Shown here in pieces: positions 12,765-26,712 of a DNA stretch of 64,000 nt. The translations under genes and the position numbers were made by a program. Numbering within the stretch: position 1 is the first letter of the stretch; every line of letters starts with the position of its first letter. Source of the stretch: Spironucleus salmonicida. Taxonomy: Eukaryota. Location: NCBI RefSeq assembly GCF_000497125.1, contig NC_090600.1:744001-808000 (forward strand), written 5' to 3'. The notes beneath the pieces were generated by a model. That model did no database searches. It saw only the letters and a program-made list of their open reading frames with translations, and had not been told where the DNA came from.

Positions 12765-13826
12765 TCATTACATTACAGTTTTCAAAATATCACATACAGA
12801 CCTAACATTCTCTGCGTTAATGCCGCAAAGATTGACTCTCCCTCTTGGCGCGAGCTTAAGACCCAAAGTTTAACATTCTTCCATTTGCTGTTCGTTAAAA
12901 TCTAAAAACGCATAAATTCCATTTTGCTACATTATGCTACTTGTTAAGCATACTTTGTCCATATTTGACGATAATAGCTCACGCTTACCTCTTACAAGAG
13001 CTCTTACCTCATCCATTTCAGCTAAATACATGTCTCTGAATTTGGACCATACAGTGCTAACCAGATACTGCCCGTGGACTGGAACGATGCCGAATTTTCG
13101 TTCTACCATTCCTTCAAGCTCCAGCTGCGCCAGCTTATCGCTAAAATGAACAGCACTGGCACCCTCTGCATAGATGCCGAAATTCTTGTCGAAAAACTGC
13201 ATCACCACTATATTCGCACCATACAGGCTCGTGAACGCGTTGTCCTCTAGAATACTGCACTTGACACCCTAGTACGCAATGTCTAGTAGCACAAACCCGC
13301 GCTTTGCCTTAACTATCTCCGCGATTGCAGCGAACTCTGCGCGTGTCAAATCAGCGCCGTCTGGGTTGTAGCAGCCGGCTTGCAGCAGCAGTGCCTCGCC
13401 TGGCTGCAGCTGCTTGGCTAGCTCCAGCAGTCCAAGCTCACTCTCGACTAATATGACACCATTCTCCGCACAGAAAGCAGCATACATGAACCAGGTAGGG
13501 GACCGTGTGACCACGGTGTTGATTTTCGCGTTTTTGAGGACCTGCAAGGCAACCTGAAAAGCGCCACAGGACGGTGTTGCTACTGATGCAAAGTCTTCAA
13601 TTTGGGCAATTTCCCTTGCAGTCTCCAAGAATTTGCAAATGCCGGCTGCTGGTGGGTAAGACTTGTCGTAAAGGTTCGCGGCGAGGTACAATTCTGCCTG
13701 TCTTACTGATTGCAATAGAAGCGGATTTGAATCTGCGTCTAGTATCGTTCCTTTTGCAAGGTCGTATTTGATAGGCTGCGGTGTTTAACCGGTACTTTGA
13801 TGGGCTTATGATGATTTTTAGGACAT
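12765..13826 (-). CDS. aspartate aminotransferase-like (divergent)
   Basis: LLQSVRQAE, YNPDGAD, DIAYQG, KNFGIY (PLP Lys), GRVNLCG. Confidence 0.85.
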
Positions 13827-13920
13827 TTAGTTATGGCGGTGATTAGATATATTAAAATTTTATGTATAATAACAAAATATGTTCAAATACTTTGGTAGAT
13901 TTACTAACTATTAATATATT

Positions 13921-13993
13921 TACACCCTACGGGACTTGAACCCGCAATCTTCCACTCCGGACGCGGACGCATTATCCATTCTGCTAAGGGTGC
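13921..13993 (-). tRNA. tRNA-Arg(CCG)
   Basis: GCACCCT/AGGGTGT acceptor stem, anticodon stem TCCGC/GTGGA with loop GTCCGGA, T-arm GCGGG-TTCAAGT-CCCGT. Confidence 0.9.
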
Positions 13994-14084
13994 TTAAGAT
14001 AAATTTAAAGTTCAAACCATTAATACAAGATAAATTTAACTACTATCATTAATATATTATTAAGAACGTAGTGTAAAGTTGTAA

Positions 14085-14753
14085 ATGAACTATCCTTTAT
14101 ACGTCATTTTTATTTTAGCCTTTGTTTAATCTTTTGCAATTCAGTTTTGTCCTTCAATAAATAAGTTTCTTTTGAAGGTAATTAAATAAGTTCTACCATC
14201 TTAAAAAGCTTAATAATTTTATTCTGAATTTTAAAGAAAATCATTCCATCTACTTGGCTTAGCCTTTGTAATAGTTATAGGTGAGTATCCTTCTTAGCAT
14301 ATACAAATAGCATATTACCTTTGTGGTGGATCAATTGTTATTCTGCTTTTAGATATACTCCGTGTACATTTTAACATTAGAATAAACTCACCTTTCTTTC
14401 GATCTTACGAGATTGATCATGTTACTGGCGTTGCACCATTATTATTAGGTATCTCTGTTGCTATCTATTTAAATTCATCGACGGCTCTTATATGTCTTTT
14501 TGTTGGAGATTCTGCTGCTGCTATTTTTGGAATACTATTTGGAAAGCATAAAATATATTAGAAGAAGAGTATTGAAGGATGTATTGGCTTTATAGGTGCA
14601 GTTTTCATTGTTATTTATCAATAAAGTGGAGCAACAAATGCGATAATTTCTGGAACTGTTGGATGTATTTTAGAATTGTTTGGTGGCAAATTTGATAACT
14701 TCTTAATTCCAGTTGGAGTAAGTTTATTCATGAAATCTATAGGTTTAGAATGA
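14085..14753 (+). CDS. CTP-dependent kinase / cytidylyltransferase-family membrane protein (DGK1/dolichol/phytol kinase-like)
   Basis: RKSFH and VGDSAAAIFGILFGKHKIYQKKSIEG motifs; multiple hydrophobic helices. Confidence 0.82.
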
Positions 14754-16870
14754 TATATCAACTATTTTATTTCTCACTATCTATATTCAAGTCTCGGTTT
14801 AAGAACTCTACGATAACGTTAAGATACTTAAGGTCCAGTACGCATAGGAAATCCTTATGCATATAACTTAAGCGCTATGGTGCACCATTATAATTTTTAA
14901 CTTACAAGCTAAATCAAAAGTGCATCCTCATCTTTATTCCATTTTGTATTAGTTTACTTAGTATTAGAATCCTAATCTAGTAATTGATTAATACTATCTA
15001 TGATTTGCTGATCAGTTAAGGATAACCTTCTCATTTATTATGAAAACAACAAAGTAGGAGATATATTATAATTAATTTTTAATACTATTATAGATATTAT
15101 CTAATTCCTTTCACCAAAAATAACATAGGAAATATTTTCCAGTAAAATATTTTTCGGAGAAATTCATATTATGTTAAATAATATAGACTGTTTAAATAGA
15201 ATCCTGATAAGTTCAAGTATACTTTATTATTAACTTGTATAATTACTAATTATTAATTGTTATAATTACTCATTGAAAATCTCTGTATAAAATAATAAAT
15301 AATTTGTTTATATAAATAACTAACTTGTATTATAATAGATAATATCCAGTTTTAATCTATAAAGTGAATAGTGTAATCGAATTTAAAATACTTTAATTAA
15401 TATACCTAATAATATTATTATTAACGAAAAAAACTAATGTATACAAATATTATATAGTAATATATATAATTATTGATAGATTCAAGTTTTCAGAATGAAA
15501 CATTATGTTTTTAGTTTCAATTAATTGAAGGAGGTAAAACTACCTAAAATTTATGTAAACTTATCATCAAAATGATAAGTATTGCTATCTTTTTTATCAT
15601 CCACTACCTGTAAATAAATAAAAGACTTAAAGATTTCTATTTAATTTTCATAGATTACTTCATTAAATACTAAATTTATTATCAATGCATTGTTATAGAT
15701 GCTTAATACATTATATAATAATCTAGAAAGTTTAATTTTCATTATGAAGGTAATGCGATAACAATGCATAATGTTTAATGAATATTTAATAGAAATATAC
15801 GTGACTTATTTCATATGATGTGAAGCTAATGAAGATAAATTTAGTAGAGTTGCATTGAATACTTAAATATTTATATTTTATTTAAAACAGTCATCAATAA
15901 GCTAAAAATCATATCAAGAAAATTAAACTATTGCGAGCTTTGTCATCTAATTCCATTATAAAGATTCTTAGAACATATATATTATCATGTGATAAATTTG
16001 TAACTTCATTTAATGATACAAACATTCTGACTTTATTTATGTGTATAAATTATAAAAATTAGTAGAATTGCTCAATTATATCAATATTGGTTTATTTATA
16101 TATAATAAATATTATGTTTTAGAATGTAATAAAAATTAATCATTTTTTAACTAAAAATATGTGGATATGAATCTTTGATTAATGTATTTGCATTATAAAT
16201 TATAATAATTTAACTAAATTCCAATATTGAGGTTGGGTTTAGTATTTCTTTAATTAAAATATATTAAATCATACGCTTCATAAAGGTATAACATTACAAC
16301 TTAACATCATACAATCTATATATGATACTATCTACTAAAATTAATATTTTAACATAGTTGTATACAACTAATGTTATTTTTGATAATTTTTATTAATTTA
16401 TTTTGTAAAATAAGTTTACAGGTTTTAAATAATGCCATTTAATATTACATACAATATACTAAATGGCAACGTCATATATTTTCAATATCAAACAACAGAT
16501 GAGAGTATCTATTTTAAATGTTATCTTCAAAATATAATTAATTCTTTATAAACTCACGAAAAATTATAGAAAATAAACGTGGCTTTAATTAGGTTATATA
16601 AAAATATTATATTTTAAAGAATGGCATAAGGTAATTAGTTTGACACTTATAGCTACCTACTCAGGTTGCTATTTATTTATTTATTTAAAGTTAACATAAT
16701 CGATAATAGGTATAATTTATTATATTAAATTGATGTACTGTAGACCTAAATAAATATGTTAATGAAAAATATATGAATAATAAAAATAATAGTTTTCTAA
16801 CAAATTCAATCAGAAAAATATCTACTTTTTATTCATATTAATAAACTATAAACAAACATTAGTAAATTTA

Positions 16871-17626
16871 TCAGTAACCAACATCGTGGACTTATCCTGC
16901 AACAATTTTAACTCCGCCACTAGTACCAATTCTATCTGCGCCAGCTTCAACCATCTGCTTTACACTTTGTAAATCTCTTACACCACCAGCTGCTTTTACA
17001 CCACAACGTCCACCTACTGTATCTCTCATTAACTTAACGTCTTCAACATTAGCTCCACCATTTTTATGCATTCCAGTCGAGGTTTTAACAAAATCTGCTC
17101 CTGCAGCAGCTGATAAAAGGCAAGCATCAATAATCAGCTCACGCTCAATAAGACATGTAGCCTCAATAATAACCTTTAAAATTGCCTTATTAGAATGGCA
17201 GGCACTGGCAATTTACTAAATTTCGGCAAAAACTTCCTTATACCTCCCATCTTTCATAAAGCTGCAATTTATTACCATATCAATTTCTTATACGCCTAAT
17301 TTAGTTAAAATTTAAGCTTCATGCACTTTTTAAGCAGTAATAGGGGCGCCTAAAGGGAAACCTATAACACAGCAAGTAAGAACCGATGAACTCTTCAGTT
17401 GTGATAATGCCATCTCACCATAACACGGATTCACACATACTGCACGAAAATCATTACTAATTGCTTCCTACGTAAGCTACAATATTTACGCTGATGTTGC
17501 ATCTTATCCTAACTGAGTATGGTCAATTAATTTATTTATTGGTATCTTTTTATCTACAAATTCAGTTGGTTCTGGGCATTTAATTCCGTGAGTTTTCTCA
17601 ATAAATTCAATACGCGATTATATCAT
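16871..17626 (-). CDS. deoC: deoxyribose-phosphate aldolase
   Basis: [44 protein letters not shown]. Confidence 0.93.
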
Positions 17627-18122
17627 TTTTAAGAGCAAATTACCGTAATTATTAAACGGTATATATTGGATTTTAATTATTTGTGATTTACACCAAAAGG
17701 AATGTAATATTATCTCATTTTTATACACATAAACTAAATTTCAATGCCAAATTTATTATTCGCATATTATTAATAAGAAAATACTTAGTATCAAACCAGG
17801 TAACTAAGAGAAATATTAATAATTTATAAGTAGATTAAACGATAATATAGAATAAAACGCTTAATAAATTTAAGAATATCAAGTATAATATATTTGATAA
17901 GTATTCACATAAGATACCGGTTGGAAATCTCGTCAAATCTTATAATAGTGATGTATATTTTAAGAAAAAATAATAGTTAATCTAATTCTGCTATAGTCTA
18001 AATATCTTACGCTGCCTTTAGTATTTTTAATAAATATTTTGTTTCAATGACAATAATTCTTATTTCACTCAAGTTTTATGCAAAATAAATATTAATAATA
18101 AACAATAACCATGGAAAATCAC

Positions 18123-20039
18123 TCACTACGCAGCACTACCTATTTCGTACTCTGCGTCAAGTAAATCTGCGCTAGTCGCCATTCTATTTAATAATTAAGG
18201 TTTTCTTACTCTATTCTTTATGAGTAAAACTACCAGACCGATTATTAAACATGCTAATAAAAACCCGAAAATTCCAATTAGAATAACACCAGTTTATCCA
18301 CTTTATACTATTACAGCACCCTCTTTTTCACAACTGGAAATTCCCTCCTTAATAATCTGTAAATATCCTTCTTTGCAAAATTAACAATCTGCACCAAAAG
18401 AAGAACTTTCGCATTTGCATTTATTGTCAATACATTAACCATTATTATTGCACTATACTTATAAACTGCATGATTCAGACTAACATTTCGAGTTAACTAA
18501 AATATAACCAGTAAGACATCTCTCGCAATTAGGTCCATCATGCCCATCGTGGCATATACATACTTTATCTTAGCATTTTCCATTATCCGTACACTATAAC
18601 CCTTTGAAACAACTTTCTGCTAAACAACTCTTATTAACTGTCAAAGAACCTGCGATACAGGTCTTACAGTTTGTTTAAGGGTCAAAATTTTTTGTACATC
18701 TACAAACTGTTGAATCCGGTTAACAAAAACCATTAAAATTACAAAATTTGCCACTCCTACAATCAGGAGAGCATTTGCCATTCTAGTAAGCATAATTTTC
18801 AGCCTTGCAAACACAGAAAAATCCTGTCTTTAATTCAACACAACGGCCATCGCAGTTTGAACAGTGATCTGGTTCACATTTCCCTTCAAAAGAAAGCTTC
18901 GTTCCGACTGGACACTTGCAGATGAACTGCTGCGAAAAATTTTCAGACGAAAACTAGCACGTGAAAATTGGATTAATTAATGAACAATCACCACAATTAT
19001 TATTGTAGCATCTATTTTCATATGTAAGTTGATTTGGTGGACAATTTTTGCAAACAAATTGATTATTTTCTCGAACACAAGTTTGTGATTCCGTGCACTA
19101 ATTACAGACCGAAGGCTCGCAAATTTTATTATAGTATGTGGTACTAGGATGACAGTCTTAACAAACCATTTCTGACTGTTTTTCAACGCACACCTGGCTA
19201 TTACGGTTGCATTCTGAGCAAATTTTAGCAGAAATGCATTGGGTTTTATTTGCCGAAAAAATATATTCGCTCTAGCATTCGCAGGAAAACCCATCAGTTC
19301 CTTTCATGCAGGTAGCGTTTCCGTACTTTTCCCTGCACTGCTTATCGGTCTTGCATGCAGCAGGTACACAATTATCACGATTGTCCAGCTTGTGCCCAGC
19401 GTCACAAATCAGACACTTCCCGCCGTAGCAGAAGGCACAATTCTTGTCCGTGCAGACCTACCGGCAGCTAAAGATATCGAGCGGTGCAGTACCTTTATCG
19501 CAGCTCGTGCATTCGTGCACTCCCGAGGGGTTGCAGATCTGGCCCTTTTCGTAGCACTAGCGGCAGAACTCAACGTCTAGGCAGCTCGTTTTGTCGGTAA
19601 TTGCAGGCTATCCCGCATCGCAATTAACGCAAGACATCGTTGCAGCGTTGGGAATGCACTTCTGGTCTCTGGTGCACCTATCACAAATGGTGGTGGAGAT
19701 ACAGGTGGTGCGGTCTGGTGATGGGTTCTATCCCTGTGAGCAGTCATTGCACGAGTAGATGCTGGTGTAGGTATTGAATGTGCATATCTATGTGTTGCTA
19801 CAATTTGCACAGATCACGTTTGATGCGCATTTGGTTCCCCTCTCAAAAGAGGTTCCAGTGCACTGGACGCAGCTTTAGGTTCCGTCGGATTTGCAGGTAG
19901 CGTTTGCAGTCTGACAGATGGAGCAAAAGCTATCGGTCAGGCATACGGTTTTATTCTCGTTCAGAGTATACTAGTAGTTGCACCGATCGCACTTTGTAGC
20001 ATCGGTGGCGTTCGGTGTCTAGCAGTTTTCAATACTCAT
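18123..20039 (-). CDS. cysteine-rich membrane protein (CxxC/CxC, EGF-like) with C-terminal TM helix
   Basis: 638 aa with dense CxxC/CxC motifs; TM GVILIGIFGFLLACLIIGLVVLL; short tail. Confidence 0.88.
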
Positions 20040-20382
20040 TTTTGTGGAGTTGAAGATATCAGTATAACAATATTTATGTATGATAATAGGTTAAATTATA
20101 AATTATACAATTGTATAAATTTAGAAGTAGTAAAGTTTTCATTAATGTGGAGACATGTAGATATAATGATCTTTCGTGAGTGAGTTATGAAGGCAATAAT
20201 GTATATTATTCTATAAAATTAATTATAAAATTGTATACTTATATTTATTATCTTTAAATAGATAATAATATAATGTTACAATCAGCTTTTACTTTTTTCT
20301 GGTCAAACTCTGTCAAAACATCCTTTTTCTACAGTTGAAACAGCCAGGACCCATTCCCCATAAATCCAAATCCGCAGTAATC

Positions 20383-21120
20383 TCACTCCTTAGTATCCTC
20401 TCCCATTATCTTCCCCCCGCACCATGCGCAGCCCGCCCTCGGCTGGACCGCCACAACGCGCTGCGAGTTGTCCAAAACGCTCCCCAGTAGCAGCCCCTGC
20501 AGGCACAACTCGCTGTTCCCAGCGAATTTTATGAGTTCGCATGCTGCGAGGCTGGAAGCGACTCCAGTGGCAGGCCCCAGGACGCCGTGCGAAGCAGCGC
20601 GCATTTGCAGCGCTGCTGGCGGTGTGTTAGCCGTGAAAACGCAGCAAAAACAAGGCGCGGCGGGGCATATGTTGAACCAGACGATCTGGTATTGGAAGCG
20701 TGCGCACGCAGCATAGAGATGCGGAATGCTATGCTAAAACGCGAACTCTGCCACTAAAATACGTGTCTCTGGATTATCTGATGTATCGATAATCGCGTCA
20801 GCTGTGCCGATCATACTGATATTTTCTGACGTTAGGCGGACGTTGAAGGGCGTGACTCTGGCCTCCGGGTTCAGCCTCATGGCGTGCATAGCTGCAGATT
20901 ATGCCTTCTGGACCCCTGGTTCAGTGTGTATTATTTGACGGTGCAGATTTGTTACGTCTACAACGTCAAAATCATAGATGTCCAACGACGCACCAGCACC
21001 AGCCAAATATAAAATGAGTGGTGATCCAACACCTCCAGCTCCAATTACAGCAATTTTGGTTTTAAGCGGACCGTCTAGGTTTAAATGGGGTAAAATATCG
21101 TGTCTATTGTATCTGGACAT
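20383..21120 (-). CDS. MoeB/ThiF/Uba4-family E1-like adenylyltransferase
   Basis: RYNRH, IGAGGVG, DFDVVDVTNLHRQ, DTSDN, Zn motifs CFCC and CAWC. Confidence 0.88.
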
Positions 21121-21175
21121 TAAAGTTGAAAGAAATAATTAGATTATTATACGTTTATACTATATTAAAAATTTA

Positions 21176-21511
21176 ATGGGTAAAATAGGAGTAGTTTCGA
21201 CGTATATATGCCCCACTTGTGGAAACGCGTAGCAATAAGTGTTTGACGGGGCCTAAGTTAGATGCAATTCCAAGGAATGCTCATCTGAGCTGTTCGAAGC
21301 TATGGTTTCGGTTATTCAAAGATGGGATGCGTAGATTCGGAAGACCCTCAAAATGTCAGCAGTCGAAGACATCGATTTGGATGATTTAAAAAAATTTTGC
21401 AGCCTAATTTTTGACACAGAAATATGGGTTTATCAAGACTATCGAACTATTCTCGCCACGCTGACCATACTTAAAACAATAGATTTGGAAAAAATAAATT
21501 ACAAATTTTGA
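21176..21511 (+). CDS. small Zn-ribbon-like hypothetical protein
   Basis: MGKIGVVSTYICPTCGN...RCNSKEC; TGA 21509-21511. Confidence 0.6.
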
Positions 21512-21588
21512 AAAAGTGATATTCGTGTTTTTATAATATATATTATTATATATGGAATACTATATCTCGCTCCATTTTCCACTTTAAG

Positions 21589-23577
21589 ATGTAGCGCGAA
21601 ACGCAATTTGTTATTCCCGACGCCCTCATTTCTGCATTTTCGCAGGGCGACGAAATATTCAAAAATTATAAATCTACTCCAGCGGAGTTGCTGCAGACCG
21701 CCACAACACTGGTTCAGTAGGAGATCCCAACAACGAAAGCATTCCACCACCCCCTGGTATCGCGTCTGCTTGAGGATGCGCACTAGCTCTACTTCATCGA
21801 AACACGCGACGTTGGCCCGATCGAACAGAAACTGGCGCTCTTCGACGTCGATTTCCTGCTCGAGTCTAACTCATCGAACCTTTTCCAGACGCTGCTTGTC
21901 ATCTACGCAACAGAGCACCGGGCGTCCCAGATCTATAAAGACATTGTGCAACAGCTTTTCCAGAGCTTCACACTGATAATGGAGTCGCCTTACGCCGCGA
22001 AAACGCTCAAGGCCGTCTTTTCGTGCGAGCTTGGTGTGCCCCCAGAAAGCGAGCATCGCCGCAAGCATGTCAGCCCCAAAGTAGCTGAGTACCTCGCAGG
22101 CGTGTAGCCTGGTGACCTGGCACTCAACTTTGCTAAAAAACTCATTAAATTCATCGACGAAATAGGTTTCTCGAACGCAGTTCAAGTACAGGAAACTTCG
22201 TAAATATTATAATTATATATTAACTAATACAAATATTTGAAAACTTTGGACGAAAAGCTGCTGAACCCGATCGAAATTTTCGTTAAAGCAGCGAGCTTCA
22301 CGCGCCGCACCAGCGAGCGTGTCCTTGCCAACTACACCAGCCGCAACTACGACGAAGAGCTCGTGGTGGACCTGATTTGTCAATTCCAGGAGCTCCAAAA
22401 ATAGAATTTGACGCCAGAAATGAGCTACTTCCTGGAGGTTGCCATCGGGGCGCCCATGAACTGCTACTTCGCTGGCGCGTTTTTGCTCTCAGTGCCCTCG
22501 TTCTACGACTGCAGCAGCACACAGTTCCAACGGGTCGTGGAGGCCTCCGCAGCGAACATTTATCAGTTCCCATTCTTCGTACAGATCCTCCAGAAGCTGA
22601 TGGCTGAAATTCCGCAGATTTTCGACCTCGACAAGTCGAATTTGATCAAAAACGCCGTCAAAAGCATCTATAAGGGCGTGAAAACGTACCCTGAGGTCTG
22701 CCAGTAGTTTCTAGACACAATCATCAAAATCGTAGGGAGCGAAAAATCGTTTTTGAATCGGATTCTTCATCCCGATAATCAGCAAAATGAGATCATTTTG
22801 ACCCAAAATTTCAAGCAAAATCAGCGCTTCGACTACTCAATTTTGGGCGTAAAATTGGACCAAAACGACAGAAAAATCGACGAAATTCGGGGCGAAAAGC
22901 GAAAAACGTGGCAGAAAATCGAAGAAAACCTCAAAAAGGAGCGTTTTGGGGCCAGATTGGAGCGGAAGAGCCAGGAGGGCGGGACCGGCGGCTACTGGCA
23001 AATCGGTGCCGGTGTCGTCCTGGAGTGGCTCAAAATCTACGACAAAGCGTGCATCGACATGCTCCAGGTGCATTTGAGGACCTATTTCGCCGTTGGTAAA
23101 GGCACGCTAGTTTCCATAATAAACCACCCTACGGGTGTCGATTTCATTATCGCCGTTTTTAACAACAATTTCGTCGATTTCCAGCTGAAACTGCAAGTTT
23201 TGGACACTTTGCGCGGCGAGTACCGCGAGCTGTGCTTTTCGAAGCTCGGAATGCTGTTTCTGAACCAGGCCATTACGACCTTAAAAAGCTCCTATTCACC
23301 AGAGCACCCGCTGGAAGTGAACGTGGAGACCTTAAAAATCATAATGAAGGAGATTTCGCCCAGACCGGTGGTGTACAAAATGCAGCAACGGAAGGAGGGC
23401 GAGGACATCCTCAAAAATTCGGACTTGGAGGGCTATTTGCGGAGCCAGGTCGACTGGAGCAAGGCGGTTTTTAAGGGGCTCAAGTGGTACGAGAAAAGCT
23501 ACAAAAACCAGCAGAAACGCGAGGCAAAACGCGAGTCTAAGGGCGCGCAAGAGGAGGCGAAAGCAGACGAGAAGTGA
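21589..23577 (+). CDS. Nop9-like PUF-repeat nucleolar protein
   Basis: 662 aa in one frame; C-terminal LRGEYRELCFSKLGMLFL...ILKNSDLEGYLRSQVDW resembles the NOP9 terminal repeats (recalled similarity). Confidence 0.6.
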
Positions 23578-23695
23578 GGGTTTTAGATCAGCTCAGCGGT
23601 CAGTTTCTGCTAAATATTTTCATATTCTTAAATTTCATATTCTTAATATTATATCATAATATTGTGAATTCGCTATATACGTAAAAAACATTTAA

Positions 23696-24796
23696 TCAGT
23701 CGACAACCTTTATTCTTTCGCCTTCAAATTCGCTTAAAATAGTGTTTATAACGGTCTCAGAATTCGACTCAAAACTGTCCGGGAGCGCCTCAGAGCGTAC
23801 CGTAGCGGCCAGCGAATTGTTGAGCATAAAGTTTTCGTTCTGCCTTAAAAACTCATTAAAGTCATTTATGTGATTTGCAGCTTTTTCGAAAGTCGAAATT
23901 GTCGCATTTTGAGGCTCCAAATTTCCAGATTCGCCGAATTTTTTATTTGGAAAATTCTCCGAAACTGGAATTTGAATATTCCGCTAAATTTCGGGTTTCT
24001 GGGTAATAAAAATTTCAGAGCTTTCGGGCTCCGTAGGAACGTCCACCTGAACTTGATAATTTGCGTAACACGGGGACTGCGGTGACTCTCTGACGGCGAT
24101 AAACGGGATTTTTGGCGCATCCGCTGGCTGTATTTCCAGCATCGAAATATTATAGTCATTATTATGTGTTAAAGAAGCGTGATGTTGCGGAAATTATTTT
24201 TGGCTTTCTTCAAAATTTTGGTCGTCTGCGCCTATTACTTTGGCAGCCCAGGCGCCGTAGACGGCCTCATGGCGCCGCATCACATGTTCGCTCAAAAATA
24301 AGCTATTTTGGAAGCGTTTATTACAAAATTCACACTAGTTCTGATTTTCCACGTCAAATATTTACTTTTAAAATTTACCTCTTTCTTATTACATTTCGTT
24401 TTTTAACATGAAATTTTCTTCTTTTAACTTCTCAACCTATAGCTCAAATTCCATTTATCGCGGTTTAGTATCAGTTAAATCTTTCATTTCATTCAATAAA
24501 ATCGTTATTCTCTACTCGGCTGCTACTAATTAATTTGTCTGAAATGTAACTTTTCGCTCTAACTATTCGATAGTTTGAGCATAATAATCTTAAGAATTTA
24601 AGAGATATTATCCAGCATATTAATTAAGTAAAATTACATGTTTAAGAGCATTTTAGTTGTCAAGATCTGAAAAATCTCCAAAAAGTAATGTTGAAAGATG
24701 TGGCATAAGAAGATCCGGTGACTTAGCATTTAAAAGATCGCTTGGTTAAAGTTATAACAAGTGAGATAAATTAGGTGGTACATAAGGCGCTCTCAT
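23696..24796 (-). CDS. DZIP1/Iguana-like basal-body protein
   Basis: Dzip-like N-terminal LLNQYAGQYLLNSQDY, coiled coil, C2H2 finger CEFCNKRFQNSLFLSEHVMRRH. Confidence 0.75.
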
Positions 24797-24844
24797 AATT
24801 TTATAAAAATAAAATAAGATTATATTTATATATAATTATGAATT

Positions 24845-26599
24845 TCACCCAAGAACATCAATTGCTGCTTGTAATTGCTCTATTTACTCAATAAGCTCTA
24901 TTTTCTCATTTCTTAGTTCATCATTTTATAATTTTAAGGACATTAATTCATTGGAATTATTATCCACTTATGGTTAAACTTTGACGCTAGCTATTTATTC
25001 TTAAGAATATTGTAATTTACTTTCTAACTAAATATTGTTTTATTGCAATTCTTCAATTTTATTTTTAAATTACAAGATCTCATCTGTTGTTTAGCTTTAT
25101 GTCTATAAATTTTGTGCTTTCAGCTACTTTTCTGTATTATCTTATTAATCTTTCAAAAGATCAATGTCAATTTAATTCTACTAAATTGTTGATTTCAACG
25201 TTGATATATGCATATTAAGCTATTTTAATTCCGATTCGGCTTATTTCTTAGTCTACTCAACTTCCGATACTTTTGATTCTAATAACTCGTTCATTTATAT
25301 CTAAACCTACGAAATCTCCCTTTAAAGTTCAGCTATTTTCACCTAGTCATCAGATTTTTGTTTTATAGTTTGTTAAAAATTTTACTATTATGCATCAATA
25401 TCTCTATTAGTTTTTGTGTTTAGTTCTTATAAATCAACCAACTATTCTTTTACAATATCCATCTCTCTATGTAACTGATTGTTTTATCTTTATAACACTT
25501 CTACTGCTTATTAAGAGTTTTGTAGCAGTTCAGTCTTTTCTTAGTTCTCTTACTTTATTTTTAATAATATTTAAGTCTTTTCTGAAATTTCCTTTTCCAA
25601 ATCGATAACTTTTTCATTCTTCGAATCTAACTCCTTTTAGGCAACTTTTGCTTACTTTGAGAAATTTTCAGCTTATGTTCTCAGACTTTGACAGCCATTT
25701 TATACTTTTAAAAGATCTTATTCTAACTTTTATATTTTTGATTGGCTTTAAGTTTAATTTAATTCTACTTATTGCTCTTTAGTGTAATTTCCAGATATTT
25801 ATGCTTCTAGTTCGAAAATACGTTAATTATCAATCTCAATTTGTTTTACCGAAACTTATTTTGTCTTAGTTAATTGTTAAACCTAAAAGGATAGTTTTTA
25901 CACTTCTTCTGATTTTAAAGTGAGCTGTTAATTTTAAGTCTAAATATCATCTTAGTACTTTTATTATTGTTTACTACTTTATTATTAAACTTCCTGCAAT
26001 TATTTTTATAGAATTTGACATTCATTTTCTAAACTTTATGAAGCTGTCTACGATAACAATTATTTTTATAGAATATCAATCTCTTTTGCAAAATTTGCAT
26101 GCTATGTTTTTAATTAAATATCTTTTTAGGCTAATGATTATTCAAAAGTTTTTATTTGATCTAGTTATGGTAAATTTTACAATGTGTTTCCTTCAGCTTT
26201 GGCTAAAGCTAATAAAGTTATTTTAAGCTCATTTTTAAGATTTTATACTTCTGTACTTTATATATTATCATCATCTGAAAGCAGATCTATCGTCATATTT
26301 TAACTTCTGTTTGCCTAATTTTTTTATAATCTGGTTAGTTCAAATTAAATTGCACTATCACCTACATTACTATAATTATTGTTGCTCATTTCTGTATAAA
26401 TATATTTTCTATAAATTTCTACACAATGTGGACAGCAATCATTAACTTGATGATATATATCTTTAAGGGCCTTAACAGCATCTTATGGTAGGTTTCTACC
26501 TTAGATAGACTCAATATAGCATTTGGTGGCTACTTTGCAATGAAGATTAAGTATAGGTTCAATATCAGATAATTAAGGAATACTTAATGCCCGCTGCAT
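24845..26599 (-). CDS. long coiled-coil protein (~580 aa)
   Basis: ATG 26599 in frame with TGA 24845; Q/E/K/L-rich with many TAR=Gln codons. Confidence 0.7.
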
Positions 26600-26712
26600 T
26601 TTAAATTTGCAAATTATTAATAATAATAATTATTATATTATAAAATGTATAAAGTAGTAAACGTGGATATATATTATTATATATAATTATAAATAATTAT
26701 TTATAGAATTTT

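Noticed and set aside
14760-16860. Several partial open frames in an AT-rich stretch
   Set aside because: With only TGA as stop, long frames arise by chance; no motif or clear start and end signals
20280-20385. Possible UGA read-through or selenocysteine after the MoeB-like gene (KE*DYCG)
   Set aside because: The TGA sits in the usual GAGTGA end signal, no SECIS-like element is evident and the downstream frame shows no rhodanese motif
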